64,000 nt of DNA from an uncultured Bacteroidales bacterium (GTDB lineage: Bacteria > Bacteroidota > Bacteroidia > Bacteroidales > VadinHA17). The notes beneath the pieces are model-generated. The model was not told the origin of the DNA, ran no database searches, and was given only the letters and a program-made list of their open reading frames with translations. The translations under genes and the position numbers were made by a program. The DNA is taken from positions 63,855 through 127,854 of the forward strand of contig CAVOWZ010000020.1 of NCBI GenBank assembly GCA_963700275.1, written 5' to 3'. Below are positions 26,559 through 37,515 of the stretch, piece after piece; the stretch's first letter is position 1, and each line of letters opens with the position of its first letter.

Positions 26559-28212
26559 ATGGCTATTTTGAAAAATAAAATTCAGGGTATTACATATTTA
26601 TACATATTTCTTGCAACATTTACCCTGATTGTTTATATAACAGGCTTATTTCCCGAAACAACCGTTGATTCTGCCAAATATGCGGCAGTGAGCCGTGAGA
26701 TATATGAAAACGGAGACTTTATTCATCTGAAAATCCATGGGGAACCGTACGATCAGAAACCTCCGTTATTATTCTGGCTTGCAGCTATCACTTTTAATAT
26801 ATTCGGGGTTTCAATAATTGCCTTCAAGCTGCCAAATCTGCTCTTTACATTTCTGGGTATCTATTCAACCTATCGGCTGGGATTATTAATATTTGATAAG
26901 AGGACCGGCATAATTGCCGCTGTTATTTACACGACCAGCGAAGCAATGTTCCTTTACAACATGGATGTGCATACATGATGCACTTCTGATGTCGAATATT
27001 ATTTTCGGTACCTGGCAACTGGCGGAATATCTCGACAAACGCAGAGCACTGAATTTTATACTGGGGTTTGTCGGTGTAGGCCTGGCAATGATCTCAAAGG
27101 GAATGATAGGACTGGCTGTCCCGGTGTTTGCAGTGGCCGGATTCCTGATCGTTAAAAGGGACTGGCAAACCATGTTTTCATTAAAATGGCTGGCAGGCCT
27201 GCCTCTCCTTGCGATAATCCTTTACCCCACTCTTAAAGGATTATATGATCAGTTCGGGATGGACGGTATTAAGTTCTACTTCTGGTCCAATAATGTTGAC
27301 AGGATCCGTGGAGCTTACACCAGCGGAGGACCTGATTATTTCTTTGTCCTTCACACGATTGCATATATCTTTGTGCCCTGGTCTCTTTATACTTACACGG
27401 CAATTGTCAGGGATTTAAGGATATGGCACAGAAACAAATTTTCATTTAAGAATTTTAAATCTGCATATTGTTACTCTGTTATAATTATTCTTGCTCTTAT
27501 CCTGACTGTCTCAAGTCAGCAGTCACCGCATTATCTTTTGCCGATGATGCCATTCATTTCGATTATTACCGCCGGTTTAATAAATGATGTCTCATTCACC
27601 GGCCTCTATCCAAAAACATACAAATGGATGCTCATTTTCAGAAATATTCTTGTTGTGCTGATGTGGCCGATGGCAATAGTATTTTTAACCTTTTTCTTCC
27701 CGACAAAAAATCTGCTGATATGGATTCCGGTCGTGATACTGTTCCTTCTTCAGATATGGAGTTTTCTGAGATTAGAAACAAAATTTCAAAAACTGATAAT
27801 CCCGCCGCTGATTACAATACTGGCGGTGGGTTTTGTGGCAAACACCAATTATATGCCGCCTGCTCTTATGTATCACGGACCGATCCAGGCATCATATCTT
27901 TATAACAGAACAGCGCCTGACAATTCAGTCCTTTACACCTATGACTACCCGCATTTTGAAACATATTTCTATCCTAAAAACGTTTCCGTGCTGGTCTATA
28001 AAGAACAACTGGGAAGTGTACTGTCAGAGGGATCATGCTGGTTTATTACAAGCGAAGCCGGACTTAACGAAATAAAGGCGTTTAATAATGAAATAATAAC
28101 TGAACAACACCTGTTCCCCTACAAGAAGCTGACTAACCTTTCCCTTAAATTCCTTAATCCGAAAACAAGGGAATCTACACTTCAGAAAATCTACTTATTG
28201 AAAATACGATAG
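26559..28212 (+). pseudogene. ArnT/PMT-like (GT39/GT83) polyprenyl-phosphate-sugar-dependent glycosyltransferase, split by one +1 frameshift near 26975
   Basis: ORF 26559..26978 ends ..LYNMDVHT*. ORF 26914..28212 (frame +1) continues ..HDALLMSNIIFGTW... Joined, they read as a continuous multi-TM ArnT-like protein. Confidence 0.7.
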
Positions 28213-28214
28213 AA

Positions 28215-29156
28215 ATGATAAACCTGTCGGTAATTATTGCAGTTTATAATGAGGAAGAAAACATTAAACCATTGATAACAGGCATCAATATGGCTCTCAT
28301 TAATAGCGGATTAGAGTATGAAGTTATTTTCGTTGATGACGGATCATCCGATAATACAATTAAGAAGATCAGGGAAAATATTGACGGTAATATCACTCTC
28401 ATTGAACTTAAGAGGAATTTCGGACAGACAGCAGCCATGAAAGCCGGTATTGATCTGGCAGGAGGTGAATATATTGCCACTCTGGATGGCGACCTTCAGA
28501 ATGATCCGGAAGACCTGCTAATGATGCTTGATCTGTTAAGAAAAAATGACATCGATATTGTAACCGGCATCAGGGCCGAAAGACAGGATGATTTCTTTTT
28601 TAGAAGGATCCCGTCTGTTGTTGCAAACTTCATTGTGCGTAAGGTTACCCACACAAATATAATGGACAACGGCTGCGGGATCAAGGTTTTTAAATCCCCG
28701 GTTTTGAAAGAACTTCCGTTATATGGAGAGAGACATCGCTTTCTGGCATCGCTGGCAGCAATGGAAGGTGCAACTGTGGCGCAGGTAGAGGTAAAACACC
28801 ATCCCAGAGTGCATGGCAAATCAAAGTATGGTTTAGGCAGAACAATGAAAGTAATAAGTGATCTGATGCTGATGAGTTTCTCAAGAAAATACAGACAGAA
28901 ACCGATGTACCTTTTTGGCACAATAGGGATCATCACCATACTGTCCGGATCTGTAATTTTGTTGTGGCTGCTCATCCAGAAGATTATGGGACAGGATATA
29001 TGGGGAAGACCTGTGATGATACTTGGTGTATTACTGATGTTTATCGGATTCCAGATAATTTCAACCGGGCTTATACTTGAGTTGGTGATCAGGAATGATT
29101 ATGAATCAAATTCGGCTAAACCTTACAAAATCAAGAGGATCTCACGTGCTGAATAA
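28215..29156 (+). CDS. GT2 polyprenyl-phosphate glycosyltransferase (ArnC / DPM1-like)
   Basis: SVIIAVYNEEENI.., DDGSSD, DGDLQNDPED motifs plus two C-terminal TM helices. Confidence 0.85.
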   Translation: MINLSVIIAVYNEEENIKPLITGINMALINSGLEYEVIFVDDGSSDNTIKKIRENIDGNITLIELKRNFGQTAAMKAGIDLAGGEYIATLDGDLQNDPEDLLMMLDLLRKNDIDIVTGIRAERQDDFFFRRIPSVVANFIVRKVTHTNIMDNGCGIKVFKSPVLKELPLYGERHRFLASLAAMEGATVAQVEVKHHPRVHGKSKYGLGRTMKVISDLMLMSFSRKYRQKPMYLFGTIGIITILSGSVILLWLLIQKIMGQDIWGRPVMILGVLLMFIGFQIISTGLILELVIRNDYESNSAKPYKIKRISRAE

Positions 29157-30036
29157 AAAAGTAAAGGACAGGCTGATCTTTATATTAAAGGTTGTAGTTT
29201 CTCTCCTTGCTATCATCTATGTTCTGAAAAGGGTGAATTTTGGTGACATAGTGAATGTCTTCGGTTCCGCCCGTGATCTTTATCTTGTTTTTGCATTTCT
29301 TTTATTTATTGCTTCCAAGATTATATCTGCACACAGAACGCTTATAATATTGCACAGATACGATATTCAGATTTCAGCCTGGGATAACCTGAAGTTGTAC
29401 TGGACAGGGATGTTCTATAATCTGTTCCTTCCGGGTGGAATAGGTGGTGATGTGTACAAAACAGTGATTATAAATAATATGCACAACAGCGGCATCAGGT
29501 TAAGCGCCGGTTCGGTGATTACCGACAGGATAGCTGGCGTTGCAGCCTTAATTGTTCTTGCACTGCTTTGCATACCGTTAACAGATTTTTCATCAGATTA
29601 TCTCCTGATAACCCTGACCGGAGTTCCCGTTACAATCATAGGCTTCATCATCCTGATAATTATTTTTATGCCCGGATTGAAAAGTATCACAGCCCTGCTC
29701 CTTTTTTGGTCCTTTATTGTACAGATCCTGCAAATGCTGGCAATATTTATGATATTAACAGCATTCGGAATTAAAACCGGTCAGATTGAATACCTTCTTA
29801 TATTTCTTATTTCATCAGTTGCCGCAATGTTGCCAATTTCGGTGGGTGGAATCGGTATCCGTGAGATAGTTTTTTTGAAAATGTCCGAATACCTGTTACT
29901 CGATCAGAAAATTGCCGTAACAATAAGCCTTACTTTCTACTTCCTGACAGTTCTCGGCTCATTGCTCGGCTTAATTACAGCTCTTGAGAAAAGGAGAAAT
30001 AAAAAAACAGACACTAATGAAATAATTAACACCTGA
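29095..30036 (+). CDS. UPF0104 / lysylphosphatidylglycerol-synthase-TM-like (flippase-like) membrane protein
   Basis: LPGGIGGDVYK motif and multiple TM helices. The true start may be the in-frame GTG at 29146, which would overlap the upstream gene by only 11 nt. Confidence 0.7.
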   Translation: MIMNQIRLNLTKSRGSHVLNKKVKDRLIFILKVVVSLLAIIYVLKRVNFGDIVNVFGSARDLYLVFAFLLFIASKIISAHRTLIILHRYDIQISAWDNLKLYWTGMFYNLFLPGGIGGDVYKTVIINNMHNSGIRLSAGSVITDRIAGVAALIVLALLCIPLTDFSSDYLLITLTGVPVTIIGFIILIIIFMPGLKSITALLLFWSFIVQILQMLAIFMILTAFGIKTGQIEYLLIFLISSVAAMLPISVGGIGIREIVFLKMSEYLLLDQKIAVTISLTFYFLTVLGSLLGLITALEKRRNKKTDTNEIINT

Positions 30037-30042
30037 CTTAAA

Positions 30043-30999
30043 TTGAAGAAGACCAATTGCATACTTGTAACAGGGGGAGCCGGTTTCATAGGATCACATT
30101 TATGTGAATCACTGTTAAAGGCTCATTATAAGGTGGTTTGCGTTGATAATTTCAACACTTTTTACGATCCCGGAATCAAGGGGAGGAACATCTCATCAAT
30201 TATAAATAATAAAGAATTCAGTCTGATTAAGGCAGATATACGGAACAGGGAACAACTGGCAGAAGCATTTGGAAGATACAAACCGGAACTGGTAATTCAT
30301 CTTGCAGCAATGCCGGGCGTAAGGCCATCTATTGAGAATCCCTTCCTGTATTATGATGTCAATGTAACCGGGACGTTGACAGTTCTGGAGACGATGCGGA
30401 GTTTTGGGGTTAATAAAATGATATTTGCCTCCAGTTCTTCTGTCTATGGCAATAATTCAAAGGTCCCCTTCTCAGAGTCGGATCCTGTGGAAAATCAGAT
30501 CTCACCATATGCTTCATCAAAAAGAGCCGGAGAATTGCTATGCTTTACTTATCACAGTCTGTACGGATTTGATATTTTCTGCCTTCGGTTCTTCACCGTT
30601 TACGGCCCCAGGCAAAGACCCGATCTTGCGATCCATATGTTTACAAGTAAAATCATTGAAGATAAGCCCTTACAGATTTTCGGTGACTGTAATACCTCAA
30701 GGGATTACACATTTATATCAGATGCAATAGAAGGTATCATTAATTCTGTAAGCCGACTGAAAGGATTCAATATTTACAATATCGGAGAATCCAGGACAAT
30801 TTCTCTGAGTACTATGATCGAAACGATTGAAAATGCACTCGGCAAGAAAGCAATCAGGGAGTTTTTGCCAAAACAACAGGGAGACGTGGAAAGAACACTT
30901 GCTGATATAACTAAGGCCAGGAAGGAATTAAAGTATAATCCTGCTTTCGATTTTAAACACGGAATAGAAGAATTTATAAAGTGGAAACTCGGTCACTGA
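30043..30999 (+). CDS. NAD-dependent nucleotide-sugar epimerase (UDP-glucuronate 4-epimerase-like SDR)
   Basis: TGGAGFIGSH Rossmann motif, DNFNTFYDPGIK region, YASSK catalytic motif. TTG start. Confidence 0.75.
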   Translation: MKKTNCILVTGGAGFIGSHLCESLLKAHYKVVCVDNFNTFYDPGIKGRNISSIINNKEFSLIKADIRNREQLAEAFGRYKPELVIHLAAMPGVRPSIENPFLYYDVNVTGTLTVLETMRSFGVNKMIFASSSSVYGNNSKVPFSESDPVENQISPYASSKRAGELLCFTYHSLYGFDIFCLRFFTVYGPRQRPDLAIHMFTSKIIEDKPLQIFGDCNTSRDYTFISDAIEGIINSVSRLKGFNIYNIGESRTISLSTMIETIENALGKKAIREFLPKQQGDVERTLADITKARKELKYNPAFDFKHGIEEFIKWKLGH

Positions 31000-31121
31000 T
31001 CTATTTTGAAGACGCCGGATTATAAATATTTCGGTAAACATTTTAATAACTATTTTAACAAAATGTCAAAATATTATTAATTTTTTTATGCCTTTTAGAT
31101 TAGAATTTAAAGTAATATCAA

Positions 31122-31129
31122 TATATTTG
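31122..31129 (+). promoter_or_regulatory. Candidate Bacteroidota -7 box (TAnnTTTG) upstream of the gltB leader
   Basis: tatatttg at 31122-31129, about 170 nt upstream of the gltB ATG. No clear -33 TTTG was seen. Confidence 0.3.
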
Positions 31130-31239
31130 CATCAAAATTTAAATAATGAAAAGGATTAAATTCATAATTTTGATTGTAAATGCCAGGCATAGGAATTCGT
31201 GGGAATACTGAGAATGGTAAATTGGTTTTTGATTAAGGT

Positions 31240-31273
31240 AACCGTTCTCCTGAAATAAGAGAACGGTTTTTTT
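31240..31273 (+). terminator. Intrinsic-terminator-like hairpin 23 nt upstream of the gltB start (possible attenuator)
   Basis: aaccgttctc-ctgaaataa-gagaacggtt is a perfect 10-bp stem, followed by a T-run to 31273. Confidence 0.55.
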
Positions 31274-31295
31274 GCAGGTATTAAATAATTGAAAA

Positions 31296-34200
31296 ATGAA
31301 AAGAACACAACAAACCGGAGATACCGGGCTTTACAGCAGTGAATATGAACATGACAGCTGCGGGATAGGCTTTGTTGCACATTTGAAAGGCAGAAAATCC
31401 CATAATATAATTACCCAGGGTCTTGATATATTAAGGAATATGACTCACAGGGGCGCCGAAGGAGCCGACAGTAAAACCGGGGATGGAGCGGGTGTCCTTA
31501 TTCAGATTCCCCGCGACTTTTATCTTATTCAGGGCTATGAATTACCTCCTCAGGGTCAGTTCGGGACCGGTTTGCTTTTTCTCCCCCGCGACAAAGAAGA
31601 TGCTTCCGAATGTGAGAAGATCCTGCTCGGGATCATTAAGGAAGAAGGAGTGAGCTTAATTGGATTTCGCGATGTTCCTGTTAACAACTCCGTCCTAGGT
31701 GAAATATCTCTTGCCGCCGAACCATTTATCAAACAGATCCTTCTGGAAGCTGATATTAGTCAGGATGAACTGGAGCGCAGATTATATATTATAAGGAAAA
31801 GAGTCGAAAAAGCTATCCGTGAATCTGATATCGGTCAGAAGAAGTCGTTCTATATTCCCAGTCTTTCGACAAAGGTTCTTGTTTACAAGGGAATGCTTAC
31901 ATCAATGCAGCTCGGGGAATATTTTGGTGACCTTACTGATAAAAGATTACAGAGTGCAATAGCCCTTGTCCATTCGAGGTTCAGCACCAATACCTTTCCG
32001 AGCTGGGACCTGGCCCAGCCATTCCGCATGCTGGGTCATAACGGGGAGATCAATACAATAAAAGGCAACAGGCTCTGGATGGAAGCAAGGGAATCTATCC
32101 TCAGGTCGGAAAAGCTTGGTGATCTTTCAAGGATCTACCCGATCATTGAGCCTGACATGAGCGATTCGGCATCACTTGATAATGTTCTTGAATTCCTGAT
32201 AATGAGTGGTAAATCACTACCATATGCAATGTCAATTCTGATTCCCGAGTCAATCAATGCAAAAAACCCCATTTCCCCCGAACTCCGTGATTTCTTTCAT
32301 TATCATTCTACATTCATGGAACCATGGGACGGACCGGCATCACTTATCTTCTCCGACGGAAGATATATAGGGGGCATGCTCGACAGGAACGGTCTACGGC
32401 CTTCAAGATACCTTATAACAAAGAATGATCTGATAGTCATGGGATCCGAATCGGGTGTTCTTACTTTTCCTCCTGAGGAAATACAGGAAAAAGGACGTCT
32501 GAAAGCGGGTAAAATGCTGCTGGTGGATACTGAGGAAGGCAGGATATATTATGATAATGAGCTTAAAAATAAGCTTGCAGCCGAATTTCCCTATGGAAAA
32601 TGGATACAGGAGAACATGGTGACCCTCGATGAAATTGAAACCGGTCATACTGTTACTCCCGACATGGGTGCAGATTATGATAAATATTCAACCGTATTCA
32701 ATTATTCGGTTGAAGATACTGAGAAGATCATTAAAGAGATGGCTGCAACTGGTAAAGAACCTATCGGGTCCATGGGCAACGATATACCTCTTGTGGTTCT
32801 TTCCGAAAAACCCTGCAGGCTGTTCAACTATTTCAAACAGCTCTTTGCCCAGGTTACAAACCCCCCGATCGACCCCATCAGGGAGGAACTGGTAATGACA
32901 CTTTCAGGTTACCTTGGCTCACTTCAGCAAAACCTTCTGGATGAATCTCCCGACAAGGTAAAAATGGTCAGATTCAGAAATCCTGTAATATCAAATACTT
33001 ATTTCCAGGTGGTTAAGAACCTCAGGTATAAAGGATTTTCATCAGCAGATCTTTATATGCATTTCGATCCCTCAGAAGGTGCTGATGGTCTCGGAAAGGC
33101 CATTGGCCGGCTTTGTCAGGATGCTGAAAAGGCTGTGGATGAGGGAAAGAACTATATTATACTGACTGACAGAGGCATAAACAAAAATACTGCTCCCATT
33201 CCATCTCTTATGGCGGTTTCGGCAGTACATCATTACCTTATTGAAAAGCGCAAGCGGATGCAGATCGACCTTGTTGTGGAAAGCGCCGAGCCCCGCGAAG
33301 TTATGCATTTTGCCCTGCTGTTCGGCTATGGGGCAAGCATCATCAATCCTTATATGAGCTTTGCAATAATTGACAGGCTTGTAAAAAATAAAGCCATCCA
33401 GCTCGATTACCAGAAAGCTGAATCAAATTACATCGATTCAATCAACAAGGGATTACTCAAGATAATGTCGAAGATGGGAATAAGTACTCTGAGAAGCTAC
33501 CGCTCATCGCAGATATTTGAAGCTGTCGGGATACATCAGGATGTTATTGACAGATATTTCTCAGGTACTACATCGCGTATCGGAGGTATCGGCATAGATG
33601 AAATTGCTGAAGAGGTGCTTATCCCTCACAGGAAAGCATTCGGAAATGAGGCAGTACCTCAACTGCTTGTAGAAGGTGTATATGCCTGGCGAAAACATGG
33701 TGAGCACCATGGCTGGAACCCCGAAACTGTATCACTTCTGCAGTGGAGTACCAGGAACGGGGACAGATCAATATTCAGAAAATATACTGCTTTGGCTGAT
33801 GCCGACACTACTAAGCCCGGCTTTATACGTGGCCTGTTAAAATGGAAAAAGAATCCCATCCCTGTTGAGGAAGTTGAGCCGGCTGAAAATATAATGAAGC
33901 GCTTTGTAACCGGCGCCATGTCGTATGGCGCTATCAGCCTGGAGGCCCACGAAACGCTTGCCCTTGCCATGAACAGTATAGGAGGAAGAAGCAATACCGG
34001 AGAAGGCGGAGAAGATCCGCTCCGTTTCAAGCCCAGGGAGGACGGAACAAGTACCCGGAGCGCCATTAAGCAGGTTGCAAGCGGTAGGTTCGGCGTGACT
34101 ACCGAATATCTTGTCAATGCTGACGAGATCCAGATCAAGATCGCACAGGGAGCAAAGCCAGGTGAAGGAGGCCAGCTGCCCGGTCATAAAATTGATAAGA

Positions 34201-35828
34201 TCATTGCCAAAACGAGGTATTCGATACCGGGTATTACTCTTATCTCACCTCCACCACATCACGATATTTATTCTATTGAGGATCTGGCACAGCTGATCTT
34301 CGACCTTAAAAATGTAAATCCTGCTGCAAAGATCAGTGTCAAGCTTGTATCGGAAGCCGGAGTCGGAACAATAGCCGCCGGTGTTACAAAGGCCGGTGCC
34401 GATCTTATTACAATAAGCGGATACGAAGGTGGTACAGGTGCCAGCCCTACATCCTCAATCCAGCATGCAGGTTTGCCTCTCGAACTGGGTCTTGTTGAAA
34501 CACAACAGACCCTTGTAATGAACAACCTGCGGCGGAAAGTTATGTTACAGGCTGACGGACAGTTAAAAACAGCCCGCGACATCATAATGGCAGCACTGAT
34601 GGGTGCCGAGGAATACGGTTTTTCAACAAGTGCGCTCGTGGTACTTGGCTGTATAATGATGAGGAAATGCCATCTTAATACCTGCCCTGCCGGTGTTGCA
34701 ACACAGAATCCGGAGCTGAGAAAAAGATTTCAGGGTAAAGTCGGTTATCTCGTTAATTTCTTCAGCTTCCTTGCGGAAGATGTAAGGGAATACCTGGCGG
34801 AACTCGGATTCAGAAAACTTGACGATATTATCGGACGTCTCGACCTTCTGGAACGTAATGACGAGAATGATAACTGGAAAACTATAAAACTCAATCTGAA
34901 CTCTCTCCTGTCTGTCCCCGCCGGAGCGGAATCCAATCCTGCTCGTTGTATTGAAAAGCAAAGCAGCAAGCTGGACGATGTACTCGATCACGAACTGATC
35001 AGGGAGGCTGATAAAGCAATTCATGAGAAGCAGCCGGTAATTATTGAAATGACAATAAGGAATACTGACAGGACAACCGGAGCCATGTTATCAGGTATCA
35101 TAACAAAGCTTCACGGACCGGCAGGACTCCCCGATGGAACGATCAGCTGCAGGTTCGCTGGATCAGCAGGCCAGAGCTTCGGAGCATTCCTGGCTCCCGG
35201 TATTGAACTCCGTCTTGAAGGGGATTCAAATGATTACCTGGGAAAAGGTCTTTCCGGGGGAAGAATAATTGTTGTCCCGCCTCCCGGTTCGTCTTTCGAA
35301 CCCGACAGGAATATAATTACAGGTAATACAGTGCTCTATGGCGCTACAAAAGGTGAAATATATATCTCAGGAGTTGCCGGTGAACGTTTCGGGGTAAGGA
35401 ACAGCGGTGCAACAGCCGTCGTTGAGGGTGTTGGTAACCACTGTTGCGAATATATGACCGGAGGAAGGATAGTTGTGCTTGGTACCACAGGCAGCAATTT
35501 CGCGGCAGGTATGAGCGGCGGGATTGCATACGTGCTTAATGAATCGGGCAACTTCGATTACTTCTGCAATATGGGTATGGTTGAACTTTCCCTTGTTGAA
35601 GAGTCAGGCGACCTGAAAGAGCTTCAGGAACTTATCAGACGTCATTTTGAATTTACCGGAAGTAAAAAAGCAGAAATGATCCTGCAGGATCCCGGTAAGT
35701 ATTTACAAATGTTCATAAAGGTTATTCCTTATGATTATAAGAGAGTCCTCGGGGAGCAAAAGCTCGAAGAGCTGAAAAAGAAGATTGCGGGTGTGGAGAT
35801 GGATGTGGAATTTGGACCGCGGGTTTAA
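31296..35828 (+). CDS. gltB: Glutamate synthase large subunit
   Basis: 1510 aa. Has the N-terminal CGIGFVAH amidotransferase nucleophile, FMN and 3Fe-4S regions, and the C-terminal GXGXG beta-helix domain. Confidence 0.95.
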   Translation: MKRTQQTGDTGLYSSEYEHDSCGIGFVAHLKGRKSHNIITQGLDILRNMTHRGAEGADSKTGDGAGVLIQIPRDFYLIQGYELPPQGQFGTGLLFLPRDKEDASECEKILLGIIKEEGVSLIGFRDVPVNNSVLGEISLAAEPFIKQILLEADISQDELERRLYIIRKRVEKAIRESDIGQKKSFYIPSLSTKVLVYKGMLTSMQLGEYFGDLTDKRLQSAIALVHSRFSTNTFPSWDLAQPFRMLGHNGEINTIKGNRLWMEARESILRSEKLGDLSRIYPIIEPDMSDSASLDNVLEFLIMSGKSLPYAMSILIPESINAKNPISPELRDFFHYHSTFMEPWDGPASLIFSDGRYIGGMLDRNGLRPSRYLITKNDLIVMGSESGVLTFPPEEIQEKGRLKAGKMLLVDTEEGRIYYDNELKNKLAAEFPYGKWIQENMVTLDEIETGHTVTPDMGADYDKYSTVFNYSVEDTEKIIKEMAATGKEPIGSMGNDIPLVVLSEKPCRLFNYFKQLFAQVTNPPIDPIREELVMTLSGYLGSLQQNLLDESPDKVKMVRFRNPVISNTYFQVVKNLRYKGFSSADLYMHFDPSEGADGLGKAIGRLCQDAEKAVDEGKNYIILTDRGINKNTAPIPSLMAVSAVHHYLIEKRKRMQIDLVVESAEPREVMHFALLFGYGASIINPYMSFAIIDRLVKNKAIQLDYQKAESNYIDSINKGLLKIMSKMGISTLRSYRSSQIFEAVGIHQDVIDRYFSGTTSRIGGIGIDEIAEEVLIPHRKAFGNEAVPQLLVEGVYAWRKHGEHHGWNPETVSLLQWSTRNGDRSIFRKYTALADADTTKPGFIRGLLKWKKNPIPVEEVEPAENIMKRFVTGAMSYGAISLEAHETLALAMNSIGGRSNTGEGGEDPLRFKPREDGTSTRSAIKQVASGRFGVTTEYLVNADEIQIKIAQGAKPGEGGQLPGHKIDKIIAKTRYSIPGITLISPPPHHDIYSIEDLAQLIFDLKNVNPAAKISVKLVSEAGVGTIAAGVTKAGADLITISGYEGGTGASPTSSIQHAGLPLELGLVETQQTLVMNNLRRKVMLQADGQLKTARDIIMAALMGAEEYGFSTSALVVLGCIMMRKCHLNTCPAGVATQNPELRKRFQGKVGYLVNFFSFLAEDVREYLAELGFRKLDDIIGRLDLLERNDENDNWKTIKLNLNSLLSVPAGAESNPARCIEKQSSKLDDVLDHELIREADKAIHEKQPVIIEMTIRNTDRTTGAMLSGIITKLHGPAGLPDGTISCRFAGSAGQSFGAFLAPGIELRLEGDSNDYLGKGLSGGRIIVVPPPGSSFEPDRNIITGNTVLYGATKGEIYISGVAGERFGVRNSGATAVVEGVGNHCCEYMTGGRIVVLGTTGSNFAAGMSGGIAYVLNESGNFDYFCNMGMVELSLVEESGDLKELQELIRRHFEFTGSKKAEMILQDPGKYLQMFIKVIPYDYKRVLGEQKLEELKKKIAGVEMDVEFGPRV

Positions 35829-35854
35829 AATATTCAATTTTTATTCTGGTTTTT

Positions 35855-37279
35855 ATGGGAGATATTTCAGGATTTTTAAAAATAAAGAGGAAAGATGCAG
35901 GCAACAGGCCGCTTCATGAAAGGATCTGTGATTACAGTGAAGTTGAACAGACGCTCAACAGTGAGGACAGGATGCTTCAGGCATCCAGGTGCATGGATTG
36001 CGGAATACCATTTTGTCACTGGGGCTGTGCTGTGGATAATCTGATTCCCGAGTGGAACGATCTTCTTTACCGGGGTGACTGGAGAGGGGCCTATGAAAGG
36101 CTTCATGCAACAAATAATTTCCCGGAGTTTACCGGTAGGATATGTCCTGCCGGCTGTGAACATGCCTGTGTTCTTAATATAAACAGGGAGCCGGTAACAA
36201 TCCGTGAGAACGAGGTTGCCATTACCGAAAAGGCTTTTGCTGAAGGATACATTAAACCTCTTCCTCCCAAAAACCGGTCCGGAAAAAGGGTTGCTGTCAT
36301 CGGGAGTGGTCCTGCAGGCCTTGCAGCTGCCGACCTTCTGAACAGGGCCGGCCACATGGTCACTCTTTTCGAGAAGGATGAAAAAGCCGGAGGTATACTT
36401 CGTTTTGGTATTCCTGATTTTAAGCTCAGTAAGACAGTTATTGACCGACGGCTCGATCTGATGATACTTGAAGGTCTGGAGGTAAGGACAGGAGTCAATA
36501 TAGGAAAAGACATTCCCTTTGGAGAAATAATGGTTAAATATGATGCTGTATGCCTTGCCATAGGATCAGGGTATCCACGCGATCTTAATGTTGAAGGTCG
36601 TGAATTTGAAGGTATTTATTTCGCAATGGATTTTCTTACTGCCCAGAACAGGCTGAATGCAGGTCTCGCGGGAGAAGCAGACAGGAAAAAAAATGCGGAA
36701 GGAAAGAAAGTCCTTGTCATCGGGGGCGGAGATACAGGTTCAGACTGTGTCGGGACTGCCATCAGGCAGCGAGCGGCCGGTGTTACACAGATCGAGATAC
36801 TTCCGAAACCTCCGGTTGAAAGAACACCGGATAATCCCTGGCCTTATTACGGAAAGATACTGAAGACATCCACATCGCATGAAGAAGGCTGCGAAAGGCA
36901 ATGGGGTGTCTCTACCTTAAGGTTCGTAGGGGACGGAATTATAACCCGTGGGGCCGAAATAGAGGAAGTAAAATGGGAATCCGTCAACGGCAGATATGTA
37001 ATGTCGGCTGTTCCCGGAACCAGGAGAGTCATAGAAGCTGATATTATCTTGCTGGCTCTGGGCTTTTTACATCCGGTTACGTCCGGCTTTTCCTACGGTA
37101 CGGGGATCGAACTCGACAACAGACATAATATCAAGGTAAGTAATAATCAACATACTAACCTCGCCGGAGTCTTTGCTGCCGGTGATGCTGTAAGCGGTGC
37201 CAGCCTGGTAGTTAATGCTATAGCTTCCGGAAGGAAAAGTGCATTTGAAATTGATAAGTTTTTAAGAAAAAATGACTGA
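35855..37279 (+). CDS. gltD: Glutamate synthase small subunit (NADPH-dependent)
   Basis: Cys clusters (CMDCGIPFC.., CPAGCEHAC) and two dinucleotide-binding motifs (VAVIGSGPAGLAAA, VLVIGGGDTGSDC). Confidence 0.93.
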   Translation: MGDISGFLKIKRKDAGNRPLHERICDYSEVEQTLNSEDRMLQASRCMDCGIPFCHWGCAVDNLIPEWNDLLYRGDWRGAYERLHATNNFPEFTGRICPAGCEHACVLNINREPVTIRENEVAITEKAFAEGYIKPLPPKNRSGKRVAVIGSGPAGLAAADLLNRAGHMVTLFEKDEKAGGILRFGIPDFKLSKTVIDRRLDLMILEGLEVRTGVNIGKDIPFGEIMVKYDAVCLAIGSGYPRDLNVEGREFEGIYFAMDFLTAQNRLNAGLAGEADRKKNAEGKKVLVIGGGDTGSDCVGTAIRQRAAGVTQIEILPKPPVERTPDNPWPYYGKILKTSTSHEEGCERQWGVSTLRFVGDGIITRGAEIEEVKWESVNGRYVMSAVPGTRRVIEADIILLALGFLHPVTSGFSYGTGIELDNRHNIKVSNNQHTNLAGVFAAGDAVSGASLVVNAIASGRKSAFEIDKFLRKND

Positions 37280-37515
37280 ATTTTTTGTTAAATCTTAAAA
37301 AATTTTGACGAACGTATATTTCCCGTAGGCCGGGAATCCTATAATTACATTAAAATTTATATTCCTCTTCAATTTGTATTTAAATTTATCAAAGCTTTGG
37401 GTATGGAGTCCAAAGCTGTGTAAAGATTAATAAGAATTGAAAGTCAAAATACAGGGTGCCTGAAAGAAAGGATTGCCCGTGTATGGTAAGGTTTTACGCT
37501 TAGAATTGAAGAGAA

